A DNA stretch of 51,305 nucleotides from Candidatus Enterousia sp. (GCA_045643965.1 JAZRGB010000065.1:1-51305); one strand, 5' to 3'. Counted from the first letter of the stretch, positions 9,112-19,831 are shown. Made by a program: numbers and translations. Notes: generated by a model not told the origin, from the letters alone.

Positions 9112-9585
9112 ATGGACAGGTTTAAACTATTTTTTATTACAATCATAATATTGACTGGTTGCAACAGTGTTTATATGAAACCAAATACACTGGACGCATC
9201 ACAGGTGTTTTATGTCGATTCTGGTGGTCACTTGATGCAACTTGGCACAAAAGAACACATGGAAGAACGCGGGTATAAACTAACTGTTGGTCACAAGCGT
9301 GCAAGCCTAAAAACAACATATATTACATCAGAAAGTGTTGATTCTATTATATCTAATGCAGATATTGGCAAGGCACGTTATATCATTAATATTTCAGAAA
9401 CAACAAATAAATTTAGACCTTTTTGGTGTTCATTAAACGGATTCTGGTGGACGCGTTTTAATATGTCTATTGCAGATAATGTTACCGGCCAAGAGTTATT
9501 ACATTGGACGGGACGCGGTTGTGTAAACAGTTCTGTCAGAAAATTAGATAAAATTCTTGATAAATTAGAAATATCTGAAAATTAA
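9112..9585 (+). CDS. Hypothetical lipoprotein (157 aa)
   Basis: Lipobox ILTGC after a hydrophobic stretch; upstream TTGAAA-17-TACACT. Confidence 0.75.
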   Translation: MDRFKLFFITIIILTGCNSVYMKPNTLDASQVFYVDSGGHLMQLGTKEHMEERGYKLTVGHKRASLKTTYITSESVDSIISNADIGKARYIINISETTNKFRPFWCSLNGFWWTRFNMSIADNVTGQELLHWTGRGCVNSSVRKLDKILDKLEISEN

Positions 9586-9611
9586 AAATCCCCCAAACGG
9601 GGGATTTTTTT
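9584..9611. terminator. Bidirectional terminator (ATCCCCC family)
   Basis: AAAAATCCCCC-AAAC-GGGGGATTTTT between convergent genes. Confidence 0.85.
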
Positions 9612-10230
9612 AGTCGATAATTGTATATTCACAAAAACCTTCGTTCGTGTCACAACGTGATGTTGTACCTTCGCTGATAAAGTAGCCTTGTTCATGCAAG
9701 CATGCTGGGCATACTGTTGGTGCTTCGGTTCCGATGTGCCACATACCACAGTTTGTGCAACGCCACATAACAATTTTATCTTGTTTGAACAATGTGCCGT
9801 CTTCGATTGCTTCGGCCAAGGCACGGAAACGTGATTCATGATAACGTTCTGCCAAACCGATATTTTTCAAAATTTCTGCAATTGCTGGAAAACCTTCTTG
9901 GGCAGCAATCTGTGCAAACTTTGGATACATTTCTGTATTTTCTTCGTGTTCACCGTATGCAGCAGCCTGCAAGTTTTCCAAAGTTGTGCCGATTTTACCC
10001 GCTGGGAAAGATGCTGTGATTTCAATATCACCGCCTTCTAAGAATTTAAACAAGCGAGAAGCATGTTCTTTTTCTTGATCTGCTGTTTCCAGGAAAATTT
10101 TTGAAATTGCTTGGAAGCCTTCTTTCTTTGCGGCAGAAGCATACATTGTATAACGATTACGTGCCTGAGATTCACCAGCAAACGCAATCAACAGATTTTT
10201 TTCTGTCTGTGTACCTTTTAATGATACCAT
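9610..10230 (-). CDS. rbr: Rubrerythrin
   Basis: AFAGESQARNRY, EKEHA and ERYHE diiron motifs; C-terminal CxxC...CPxC rubredoxin-like domain. Confidence 0.93.
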   Translation of the reverse strand: MVSLKGTQTEKNLLIAFAGESQARNRYTMYASAAKKEGFQAISKIFLETADQEKEHASRLFKFLEGGDIEITASFPAGKIGTTLENLQAAAYGEHEENTEMYPKFAQIAAQEGFPAIAEILKNIGLAERYHESRFRALAEAIEDGTLFKQDKIVMWRCTNCGMWHIGTEAPTVCPACLHEQGYFISEGTTSRCDTNEGFCEYTIID

Positions 10231-10300
10231 GGCTTGTTTTCTCCTTTATGTTTTTTTGTTTATGACGAAATTCTACCAGAGAAAACTATAAAAATCAAAA

Positions 10301-11323
<1,023 letters not shown>

Positions 11324-11341
11324 CTATTATAACTTAAAAAC

Positions 11342-11370
11342 TTGCAATTTCCAGTCCAAAAGACTATAAT
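11342..11370 (+). promoter_or_regulatory. sigma70 promoter of ssrA
   Basis: TTGCAA-17-TATAAT. Confidence 0.75.
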
Positions 11371-11376
11371 TAGTGG

Positions 11377-11720
11377 GTCACACAAGTGATGATGATTCTG
11401 AAGCCGTTGTGCAATAGTCATTTTGGACTGGGGGGCGGTACCCCACAGCTCCACCATTACTTGATATGATTTTTGGGTCATATTTGGTTATGGGGCTGAC
11501 ATAGTTTCGACAGATGATGAAAGACAAATTGGTTGAATCCGACATGGCGTCGTTAAAAGCCGACTAAAAACTGAATGGCGATAGAATCGCTGCTAACGAT
11601 AACGTTAGCCTTGCAATGGCTGCCTAAGATGGCGTTTGAACATGGTTGGCGATTGTTGACCACGTTCGTTTAAGTTATTGCGGGGTCGGTCGGGTACCTG
11701 GCACCAGAAACCCGATACAC
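11377..11720 (+). ncRNA. ssrA: Circularly permuted two-piece tmRNA (alphaproteobacterial type); outer ends approximate
   Basis: Acceptor piece ends CAGCTCC-A-CCA (11456) with T-arm TGGGG-GGCGGTA-CCCCA; intervening hairpin 11457-11491; coding piece starts GGGGCTG (11492) giving a G3.U70 pair; tag frame ANDNVSLAMAA* at 11592-11627. Confidence 0.93.
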
Positions 11721-11760
11721 AATTTAAATAATGTTATATAAACCGTAGGGGAAGAATAAA

Positions 11761-11985
11761 ATGTTTGGAAAAATTAAAAAAGTATTCTTTACAGGCGTAT
11801 TTGGCATCTTGTATGTTTCATTTGTCGCACAATTGGTATATGTATTGGGTTGGGTTTCCGGCACAGAAAATAAACTGGTTGCATTGGCCGTATTATCATT
11901 GGAATGGTTGGTGTTGATTGCAGCACGTTATTTATCAAAACGTTCCAGCAACAGTGCACAACACAACGGTTTCCGTCGTCGTTAA
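11761..11985 (+). CDS. Small membrane protein (74 aa, 2 predicted TM)
   Basis: SD AGGGGA, two hydrophobic helices, followed by a terminator. Confidence 0.7.
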   Translation: MFGKIKKVFFTGVFGILYVSFVAQLVYVLGWVSGTENKLVALAVLSLEWLVLIAARYLSKRSSNSAQHNGFRRR

Positions 11986-12010
11986 TTTTTAATTTTGAAA
12001 ATTCATTATT

Positions 12011-12038
12011 AAAAAACCGCCATTTGGCGGTTCTTTTT
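12011..12038. terminator. Bidirectional terminator
   Basis: AAAAAACCGCC-ATTT-GGCGGTTCTTTTT. Confidence 0.8.
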
Positions 12039-12046
12039 ATTGTTCT

Positions 12047-15019
12047 TTATTTTACTGTGTAATCATGCATCCAGTACGGGGTATCACCATCCAATATACG
12101 GAATTGTTTGTCTGTGTTCTTGTTGATTGATTTTGGTGTATCAGACAATCCGCCATAATACAATTCACCCAATACATCAAACACCATTACACGGGCAGTT
12201 TGTGGCTTTACCGTTGTCAGATTCATCTGGATATCATCACCGATATATAATGACTTTGGGCCTGTACATTGTTCAATACCACTGGCACCAGCAAATGAAG
12301 TTGTGCCAGCTGGGCATGGGCTACATGCAACCTTATCAGACCAATCTACTTCGAACCCTGTCTTATATTGATACATATTTTCAGGACATTGTTCAGCAAG
12401 GTTTGTTCCATAAAATATTGCACTCATTGGTCCAGATTCATAATCAACACTATCCATATTTTCAAACATATTTGCTGGCACATAACCTTGTAAATCATTA
12501 ACAGCAGCAAACGTGCTTCGGAACATGTTTGGTTCTGGCTTTCCTGTTATATTTTTAAACATCCCAGATGGCAACGATGTTAACCCAGAACTTGCAAATG
12601 TTACATTGAACATATCTGGTGCAGCCGTCGTTATACTATCAAACAAACCTTCTGGTATTTCTTTCAACGAATATGTAGACGCAAAGGTAGAATTAAACAT
12701 TTGTTTTGTTCCCCCGTTATATCCAGCAAACAAATCCTTTGAAATTTTGGAAAGGTTGCCGCAACTAGCAAAACTGGACGTAAATTTCGGGTTTGTACCA
12801 TCTGACAAAATGCCAAACACGTCAATCAACGAACCATCAACCTCATTGACATATTGATTTCCCATAAAACCGACACAGTAACTATCAGCATACCCCGTTG
12901 CACTACCAGAAAAGCCAATTTTATAAACCCCGGCCGTTGAATATCTATGACTAAATCTATTTGTTTTTACCGTCGGACGCTCTATTATTTCTATTGTACC
13001 ATCCCCCCAATCAACAAAGAAGGTACCAGATGCAGAAATATAGAACACAAATTCACTATTAGACGGCATTTCTGTTGTGGTAATAATAACTTCTACAGGT
13101 TCTGGCCTCTTACAACTTTCTATACCAACTGACCCTGCAATCGATAACGTGCCATCAGGACACGTTCCACACATAACTTTATTACTCCAGGCCGATTCAA
13201 AACCTGTTATAATTTGATACATATTTGCAGGACAACTTTCTGCCAGTTTTGTACCACTGAATATATTCGACATAGAACTACTATTAAAATCTGTTGCATC
13301 CAGTTTTTCGAACATATCCACAGGTATATAGCCTGACAAATTTGTACACTCGCTAAATACGCTATAAAATTCTTCATACCTTGGCTTACCTGTAATATTT
13401 TTAAACAACCCGTCCGGTATGCTTTGCAAAGAAGAACAATTAGCAAAAGTTCCAAAAAACATACGTTCACTGCTATCTGTAATCGCGGCAAACAATTCTG
13501 ATGGAATGCTTGTTAAATTATTACAATTGCGAAACGTATTATAAAACATATACGATGCACCACCAGATAACGATGCAAATAACCCCTTTGGTATTTCAGC
13601 CAAAGATGCACAATTGTAAAAAGTATACTCAAACATCCCCCATGCATTTCCCGACAAAGAACTAAACAACTCTTCTGGTATACTTCTCAAAGCACTACAA
13701 TATGAGAATGTATAGCTAAACAAATTTAATGCATTACCAGAGATAGTTGCGAACAAATCTTTTGGAATATTTTCTAATGCAGAACATCTTGCGAACGTAG
13801 AATCAAACATATGTTCTGCACTGCCCGTCACACCATCAAACAATGTTTTTGGTACCGTTGTTAAATGAGAACAACCACTGAACGTTTTATAGAACATATT
13901 AGCAGTATTACCACTAAATATCGCCCCAAGACTGCCTTCTATGGTGGAGATATACTTATAAGCATTTCCTTCAACGACTTCGGCAGTATTGTTACCAAAA
14001 TCTATCGCCGCAATAAATGCGACATCCGAATACTTTGTTGCTTGACCTGATAGTCCGATTGTGTATACTCCGCCCTTTTTATATGTATGCCGAATACTTT
14101 CTCTTGTTGTGTCTGTTTTATTTATCAATTCAACATTGCCATCACCCCAATCAATCACATAGTTACCAGCCGCAGACAGAGCAAACATAAACGTGGTATC
14201 ATCCGACATATTAATTGTTGTTATTGTAAATTCTGGTTTAAATTTGCATTCGCCATCGACCAGTTCAAAGTTTTCATTACATTTAAAATTAACTTCACAC
14301 ATTGTTTGTTCGGCATCGCATGTACCACCAACGTACTGTTTACCAGTCGTAACTGTTGTACCGTGTGTGCATGTGGCATTATCTGGACATTCTTGTTGTG
14401 TGCACTGCTGTTCACATGTGGTATAGCATTGCGAAACATCTGTGGCACCAGTTGCATCTGTGGTATAGCCATCATCACATGCTGTTTTGATATTATTTGC
14501 ACAATATGCCCCAACAGGACATACAGTGCATTCATTGCCATTCAGATAATAACCAGATTCACATGTTTTTAATACACAAGCACCACCAATCATTTCATAC
14601 CCTGTGTTACATGTACACTTTGTTGCACCGGATGTGCTGGTTGAATTTTCGGGACATGCTTTGGAACATCCTGATACACCAGGCGTTGCCGTACCAGAAC
14701 CATCGCAATATGATCCTGCGACACACGTTTTATGGGTCGTTCCATCAAAATATTTTCCAGATTGACACGGTTCTGAATAATATGTACAAAAACCAGAACT
14801 TAGACCCGTTGTACAATTCGTAACAGACGTATTCCCAGACATATCAGATAATTTAGTATGACCGGATGGACAACTGGATGCATTTGTAACAACAATACTA
14901 TCTGGTTCCGATATCTTAACATACCCTGTTGGACATGAAACATCAGCATAAACTAATACTGGACATACGCATAAAAATGCAAGACATATTAATAATTTTG
15001 CAAATTTTAAAAATCTCAT
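12047..15019 (-). CDS. Large secreted/surface protein: Cys-rich repeats plus two PKD-like/BspA-type LRR modules
   Basis: Signal peptide; C..CP.G.YC-type Cys repeats; two DWGDG (PKD-like) domains each followed by MF..TF..C..L..IP..LF repeats. Confidence 0.85.
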   Translation of the reverse strand: MRFLKFAKLLICLAFLCVCPVLVYADVSCPTGYVKISEPDSIVVTNASSCPSGHTKLSDMSGNTSVTNCTTGLSSGFCTYYSEPCQSGKYFDGTTHKTCVAGSYCDGSGTATPGVSGCSKACPENSTSTSGATKCTCNTGYEMIGGACVLKTCESGYYLNGNECTVCPVGAYCANNIKTACDDGYTTDATGATDVSQCYTTCEQQCTQQECPDNATCTHGTTVTTGKQYVGGTCDAEQTMCEVNFKCNENFELVDGECKFKPEFTITTINMSDDTTFMFALSAAGNYVIDWGDGNVELINKTDTTRESIRHTYKKGGVYTIGLSGQATKYSDVAFIAAIDFGNNTAEVVEGNAYKYISTIEGSLGAIFSGNTANMFYKTFSGCSHLTTVPKTLFDGVTGSAEHMFDSTFARCSALENIPKDLFATISGNALNLFSYTFSYCSALRSIPEELFSSLSGNAWGMFEYTFYNCASLAEIPKGLFASLSGGASYMFYNTFRNCNNLTSIPSELFAAITDSSERMFFGTFANCSSLQSIPDGLFKNITGKPRYEEFYSVFSECTNLSGYIPVDMFEKLDATDFNSSSMSNIFSGTKLAESCPANMYQIITGFESAWSNKVMCGTCPDGTLSIAGSVGIESCKRPEPVEVIITTTEMPSNSEFVFYISASGTFFVDWGDGTIEIIERPTVKTNRFSHRYSTAGVYKIGFSGSATGYADSYCVGFMGNQYVNEVDGSLIDVFGILSDGTNPKFTSSFASCGNLSKISKDLFAGYNGGTKQMFNSTFASTYSLKEIPEGLFDSITTAAPDMFNVTFASSGLTSLPSGMFKNITGKPEPNMFRSTFAAVNDLQGYVPANMFENMDSVDYESGPMSAIFYGTNLAEQCPENMYQYKTGFEVDWSDKVACSPCPAGTTSFAGASGIEQCTGPKSLYIGDDIQMNLTTVKPQTARVMVFDVLGELYYGGLSDTPKSINKNTDKQFRILDGDTPYWMHDYTVK

Positions 15020-15059
15020 CCTAAAAGTCCCCGTATTAGTTATGTGTTATTATGACATG

Positions 15060-15515
15060 TTATTCGTATAATTCACCCATAACTGCATTAAAGAATTCGG
15101 GATTAGCACTTTTATTACCTAACTTTCCCGCACACGTTGCCGCACAATACTGTGTGCAACGATAACCACTGGTCTGTCCACCTTCGTCAAAAAATTCTTC
15201 GGCAAAAACCCAACGTGAAACAACAGGTTGAACAATTTTACAAAAACAACTGGTATTTCCTGCCGTATTTGAATCAAAATGAACAGATTTTTTATGTAAA
15301 ACACCGTTTAAATCACGTCCTTCGTACCAGGCACCACATACCGCAACACCGTGAATAGACACATCACCACATACAGCACCCCAATCAGTTTGACCATTGT
15401 CTGTGGTCTCAGAAGTACAAGTCGATTCTGTACCCATCGCAATACATTTTGTCGCAGCATGACAAACACATGTCGCAAATACAGCAAACAATGAAAACAT
15501 AATTACTTTCTTCAT
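15060..15515 (-). CDS. Small secreted cysteine-rich protein (151 aa)
   Basis: Signal peptide MKKVIMFSLFAVFATCVCHA, CFCK...SRWVF...CxxxCxxxC; SD AAGGA. Confidence 0.8.
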   Translation of the reverse strand: MKKVIMFSLFAVFATCVCHAATKCIAMGTESTCTSETTDNGQTDWGAVCGDVSIHGVAVCGAWYEGRDLNGVLHKKSVHFDSNTAGNTSCFCKIVQPVVSRWVFAEEFFDEGGQTSGYRCTQYCAATCAGKLGNKSANPEFFNAVMGELYE

Positions 15516-15531
15516 TTTTCCATCCTTTCTT

Positions 15532-15624
15532 TTATATCTTTAACACGTTCAAGAAGTACTTGTGCACACACAAGAAACATACAAACACCGCAAAAATCCA
15601 AGATTTTTTTGTATTTTTGAACAT
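15532..15624 (-). CDS. Possible 30-aa small ORF or signal-peptide-only remnant
   Basis: MFKNTKKSWIFAVFVCFLCVHKYFLNVLKI* with SD-like AAGGGAAG, first ORF after TTGCGT-18-TACACT. Confidence 0.35.
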   Translation of the reverse strand: MFKNTKKSWIFAVFVCFLCVHKYFLNVLKI

Positions 15625-15702
15625 ATTCTTCCCTTCTATCTTGATTGTAGTGTAGAAAAAACTTCAATATCGACGCAAGTATAAAATTTCAAAAAAAATG
15701 TA

Positions 15703-15731
15703 TTGGCAATAGAATTTATTACTGCTAATAT
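15703..15731 (+). promoter_or_regulatory. sigma70 promoter of dacA-holB-tatD (leaderless geometry)
   Basis: TTGGCA-17-TAATAT, then 7 nt to ATG 15739. Confidence 0.6.
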
Positions 15732-15738
15732 CCAAATC

Positions 15739-16911
15739 ATGAAAAAGAAACTGACTGCTTTATTTTTTATATTATTTTCAACTGTTGCATACGCAGACTT
15801 TAACACCAAAGCCAAATCTGCCTTTTTAATTGATTATGATTCTGGGGCTGAAATTGTTGCAAAAAATGCAGATACGTTAATGCCACCATCTTCGATGATA
15901 AAACTGATGACGTTGGCGGTGCTGTTTGATGAAATAAAAAATGGAAATTTAACCCTGGATTCCAGAATTACTGTTGGCGAACACGCAGATTATAATCGCC
16001 CTGAATGGTACCCTGCCAGTAAGATTTGCCTGGTTACGGGTCAAACAATTTCTGTACGTGATTTAATTCTGGGGATTATTGTGCTGTCTGGGGGTGACGC
16101 ATCTGTTGTTGTCGCAGAACATATCGCAGGTTCAGAAAATGCCTTTACTGCAAAAATGACCGCCAAGGCACGTGAAATAGGTATGGAACAATCAACATTT
16201 GGTAATGCCAGTGGACTGCCAGATCCAAATAACCTGATGACCAGTCGTGAACTGGCAACTTTGGCAACACATTTGATTTCTGATTATCCTGATTTGTATC
16301 CTATGTTCGGCACAAAAAGATTTGAATTCAAAGAACATAAAACAGATTGGTGCCGTGATTGGGGACGCACACACACTGTTAATTATAATAAACTGTTGTT
16401 CAATATGCGTGGTGCTGACGGATTGAAAACAGGTCATACATCCGAAGGTGGATATGGCATGGTTGCCAGTGCAAAAATTGGTGGCCGTCGCCTGATTGGT
16501 GTTATCAACGGTTTTAATGGCAAAGGACATGATGCACTGGCAGCAGAAATGAAAAAACTGTTGGAATATGGTTACGCAAATACAACTGGTAAAACTTTCT
16601 TTGTCCCAGGTGATACAATCGCAGAAATACCGGTATGGTATGGCCGTCAGCCAACGGTTATCGCAACAGTTGCAAAACCATTTGCAATTACAGTTGATAA
16701 AAAGGACGGACTGAAAAATATTCGTGTTCTGGTCAGATATAATGAACCTGTTGTTGCACCTGTGCGTACTGGGGACGAAATCGGCGAAATAATCGCACAA
16801 CAAAGTGGTCGTGTTATTGCACGTGCACCAATTGTTGCGAAAAATAAAGTCAGCAAAACACAATTCTTTGGTCGTGTATTTAAAAATATCAAGGTTATGT
16901 TAGGATTATAA
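15739..16911 (+). CDS. dacA: D-alanyl-D-alanine carboxypeptidase (PBP5/6)
   Basis: SMIK (SxxK) and KTG motifs, signal peptide, PBP5 C-terminal domain. Confidence 0.9.
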   Translation: MKKKLTALFFILFSTVAYADFNTKAKSAFLIDYDSGAEIVAKNADTLMPPSSMIKLMTLAVLFDEIKNGNLTLDSRITVGEHADYNRPEWYPASKICLVTGQTISVRDLILGIIVLSGGDASVVVAEHIAGSENAFTAKMTAKAREIGMEQSTFGNASGLPDPNNLMTSRELATLATHLISDYPDLYPMFGTKRFEFKEHKTDWCRDWGRTHTVNYNKLLFNMRGADGLKTGHTSEGGYGMVASAKIGGRRLIGVINGFNGKGHDALAAEMKKLLEYGYANTTGKTFFVPGDTIAEIPVWYGRQPTVIATVAKPFAITVDKKDGLKNIRVLVRYNEPVVAPVRTGDEIGEIIAQQSGRVIARAPIVAKNKVSKTQFFGRVFKNIKVMLGL

Positions 16912-16912
16912 A

Positions 16913-17818
16913 ATGGCACCACGTAAAAAAGAATCTTCTGCATACACTTTTCCGCATCCAATGGAAAACGAATACTTGGTCGGTCACAGCGATACATTAA
17001 ACAACTTTATCAACGCATGGAATAATCGTGACGTTCATCCAATTCACCCTGTATGGATGTTAACTGGCCCAATGGGTATCGGCAAAGCAACATTAGCATA
17101 CAAAATCGCAAAAATGGTTTATGGAAATGTTGGCGACTTTTTCATAATCGACCAAGAAAGAAATATCGACCAACACGGCAAACCAAAACCAGACGGCAAG
17201 GTGATTTCTGTTTATACAGTACGTGCAATGATTGATAAAATGCAAATGTCATCTATGTCTGGGGATTGGCGTGTTGTACTGATTGATTCTGTTGATCAAT
17301 TAAATACTGCCGCGTCAAACGCAATATTAAAGTTATTGGAAGAACCGCCAGCAAAAACATTGTTCTTGTTGGTTGTGCATCAACTGGCAAATGTTTTGCC
17401 AACAGTTCGTTCCCGTGCACGCGTTGAAAAAATGCGACCGCTGACAATATCAAATCTGCGTGAACTGTGTGTCAAATTTATCCCAGACGCAGATGTCAGC
17501 ACTGAAACGTTAAAGTTATCAAACGGCAGTTTTGGCAGAATTGCATCCTTGAAACAATCTGGGGGGGATGAGATATATGCAGAACTGATTGAATTCTTGA
17601 ATAACCCACGTGCAAATAGTGGCGACGCAATGGTGCTGGCAAAAAAAATCGCAGCAGACACAGCATTACATGGTATTTTGCTGGATGCGATTGCGTACTT
17701 TGGATTGGCAGAATTATATCCGCAAGCTACGCATGCAATTAACGATATAAAAACACTGTATCTGGAACCAGAAATTGGAATATTTAAAATCATTATGGAA
17801 ATAAAAAAATGTTTATAG
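16913..17818 (+). CDS. holB: DNA polymerase III delta' subunit
   Basis: GPMGIGKA, NAILKLLEEPP, PTVRSR; located between dacA and tatD. Confidence 0.88.
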   Translation: MAPRKKESSAYTFPHPMENEYLVGHSDTLNNFINAWNNRDVHPIHPVWMLTGPMGIGKATLAYKIAKMVYGNVGDFFIIDQERNIDQHGKPKPDGKVISVYTVRAMIDKMQMSSMSGDWRVVLIDSVDQLNTAASNAILKLLEEPPAKTLFLLVVHQLANVLPTVRSRARVEKMRPLTISNLRELCVKFIPDADVSTETLKLSNGSFGRIASLKQSGGDEIYAELIEFLNNPRANSGDAMVLAKKIAADTALHGILLDAIAYFGLAELYPQATHAINDIKTLYLEPEIGIFKIIMEIKKCL

Positions 17819-18561
17819 ATACACACTGTCACCTGACAGATAAATATACCGATGGTTTGGATGCAGTTATAAAAAATGCACATAATGCAAACGTTCGGGT
17901 TATGATTTGCCCAACTGCCGATCCGAACGATATACAACAGGCACTGAACATCGCAAATTCATACGATAATATTTATTGCACAATCGGAATACATCCAGAA
18001 TATTCAGATTCAGACGCAACAAAATTTATAACTGATGATATTTTGCAAAATCCGCGTGTTGTTGGTGTTGGTGAAATCGGTCTGGATTATCATTACAGCC
18101 CTGACACCAGAAATGCACAAATCAAATTATTTGAACAACAATTGGAAATTGCAAAAAAACACGCCCTGCCCGTTGCAATTCACACACGTGATGCAGAATC
18201 AGATACAGCAGATATATTAACTGGCGATATTCGTGGCGTTATGCACTGTTTTACAAGTTCGTGGGATTTGGCAAGAAAGATGTTGGACCGCGGTTTTTTC
18301 TTTTCTGCCAGTGGCATTCTGACATTTAAGAATTCAGAAGAAATTCGGGAAACGTTTTCCAAGATTCCAATCGACAGAATTGTTATTGAAACAGATGCAC
18401 CATATTGTGCACCGGTACCGCATCGCGGCAAAATATGTGAACCATATATGGTCGTTGAAACAGCGAAAGTATTAGCCCAAATAAAAAATGTTGATATAAA
18501 TGACTTGGAAAAAATATTAATGCAAAATGTAAAAAATCTGTATCCAAAAATACAATTTTAA
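17809..18561 (+). CDS. tatD: TatD-family DNase
   Basis: DTHCHL, GIHP, GEIGLDY, HTRDA, HCF and ETDAPY motifs. Confidence 0.93.
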   Translation: MFIDTHCHLTDKYTDGLDAVIKNAHNANVRVMICPTADPNDIQQALNIANSYDNIYCTIGIHPEYSDSDATKFITDDILQNPRVVGVGEIGLDYHYSPDTRNAQIKLFEQQLEIAKKHALPVAIHTRDAESDTADILTGDIRGVMHCFTSSWDLARKMLDRGFFFSASGILTFKNSEEIRETFSKIPIDRIVIETDAPYCAPVPHRGKICEPYMVVETAKVLAQIKNVDINDLEKILMQNVKNLYPKIQF

Positions 18562-18581
18562 AACCCGCAATTGCGGGTTTT
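18560..18581. terminator. Bidirectional terminator
   Basis: AAAACCCGC-AATT-GCGGGTTTT. Confidence 0.8.
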
Positions 18582-18584
18582 ATT

Positions 18585-19034
18585 TTATCGTTTGTTTTGT
18601 TTAATTGAATCTAAAATCGATTGCGTTAAAACAGGTGTTTCGTATTCAAATTCGAACACATTACCCAACTGCTGTAATCTTTGTTTATTCTTTGGTTCGC
18701 GTAATGATAATGACACAGTTGAACAATAACGTATATCATGAAAAACATACGTATCAAACCCTAAATCATATAACAATTTTTTTACATAATCACGACCATA
18801 TATCGTATTTGCATGACATTGACCTTTCAGAAAACGAGGTTTAAACACAATAACATCTTCTTCTGCCAGAAAAGTTATTTTGCAAATTGAATTAATTTCA
18901 TCAACTATTTTTTTAGTGTTAGTTATTTTATTTATTAATGTTCTTATTGCATTTGGCGAAGTTAATTCACTTTTTGTATGAGGACCGATTAACGGTGTTC
19001 TGCGCACAATATCATCAATATTATATTTTGACAT
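18585..19034 (-). CDS. Hypothetical protein (149 aa)
   Basis: ORF with SD AAGGG that fills the gap between tatD and smpB; no family recognised. Confidence 0.65.
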   Translation of the reverse strand: MSKYNIDDIVRRTPLIGPHTKSELTSPNAIRTLINKITNTKKIVDEINSICKITFLAEEDVIVFKPRFLKGQCHANTIYGRDYVKKLLYDLGFDTYVFHDIRYCSTVSLSLREPKNKQRLQQLGNVFEFEYETPVLTQSILDSIKQNKR

Positions 19035-19122
19035 TTTTACCCTTTGTTAAGTTTCATAAAACAGATTAACACAATCTATTATATTTGCAATTTATTTTTA
19101 TGTGTGTAAAATATACTACGCT

Positions 19123-19593
19123 ATGGCAAGAAACATCATAAAATTTGGTCAGGTTTCTGAAAATCGTAAAGCACGATTTAATTACTCTATTGAAGACACA
19201 ATAGAGGCTGGCATTTCATTGACTGGTGCAGAAATAAAATCAATTCGATATGGATTGGTCACAATTATTGACGGATTCGTCCAAAGACGTGGTGACAATC
19301 TGTTCTTGGCTGGCGTTGAAATTCAAAAATTACCAACTGCGGCACGTATTGTTAACTTTGATGAACGACGCAGTCGTCAATTATTATTGCACCGCAATCA
19401 AATCAATCGACTGATTGGAAAATTACAAGAAAAAGGTGCAACAATTGTACCGTTAAAAATGTACTTTAATAACCGCGGAAAACTAAAGGTGTTATTAGGC
19501 ATTGGTTATGGTAAAAACAAAGTCGATAAACGCGAAACAATAAAACGGCGTGAATGGGACAAAAGCAAAGCACGTATCCTGAAAGACAAATAA
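19123..19593 (+). CDS. smpB: SsrA-binding protein
   Basis: NRKARFNY, EAGISLTGAEIKS, DKRETIKRREW. Confidence 0.96.
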   Translation: MARNIIKFGQVSENRKARFNYSIEDTIEAGISLTGAEIKSIRYGLVTIIDGFVQRRGDNLFLAGVEIQKLPTAARIVNFDERRSRQLLLHRNQINRLIGKLQEKGATIVPLKMYFNNRGKLKVLLGIGYGKNKVDKRETIKRREWDKSKARILKDK

Positions 19594-19604
19594 TTCAAAA
19601 AGCC

Positions 19605-19831
19605 TTGATTTTCAGTATTTTTTGCACTATCATTAAGCGTGTAGTCAGAGAGAATATGGATATACACATAAAGTATCCACACATATTTGCCCATTTGTAT
19701 TTTTATTTACACTGTTGAAATACCATGGGTATAGGTGCATGGTCACAGATTCACTACGGATAAAGACATGGTCTTTATTGGCAATGAATTGGGTGACTGT
19801 GCGAAACATTAACAAAAACAAAGGATTATAA
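19605..19831 (+). promoter_or_regulatory. rnj promoter and ~190-nt structured 5' leader
   Basis: TTGATT-17-TATCAT, then three hairpins (19657-19679, 19689-19730, 19737-19802). Confidence 0.5.

Noticed and set aside
15060-15230. C-terminus of the small Cys-rich protein as a DGR variable region
   Set aside because: No template repeat, no AAC-rich near-duplicate and no reverse transcriptase in the window.
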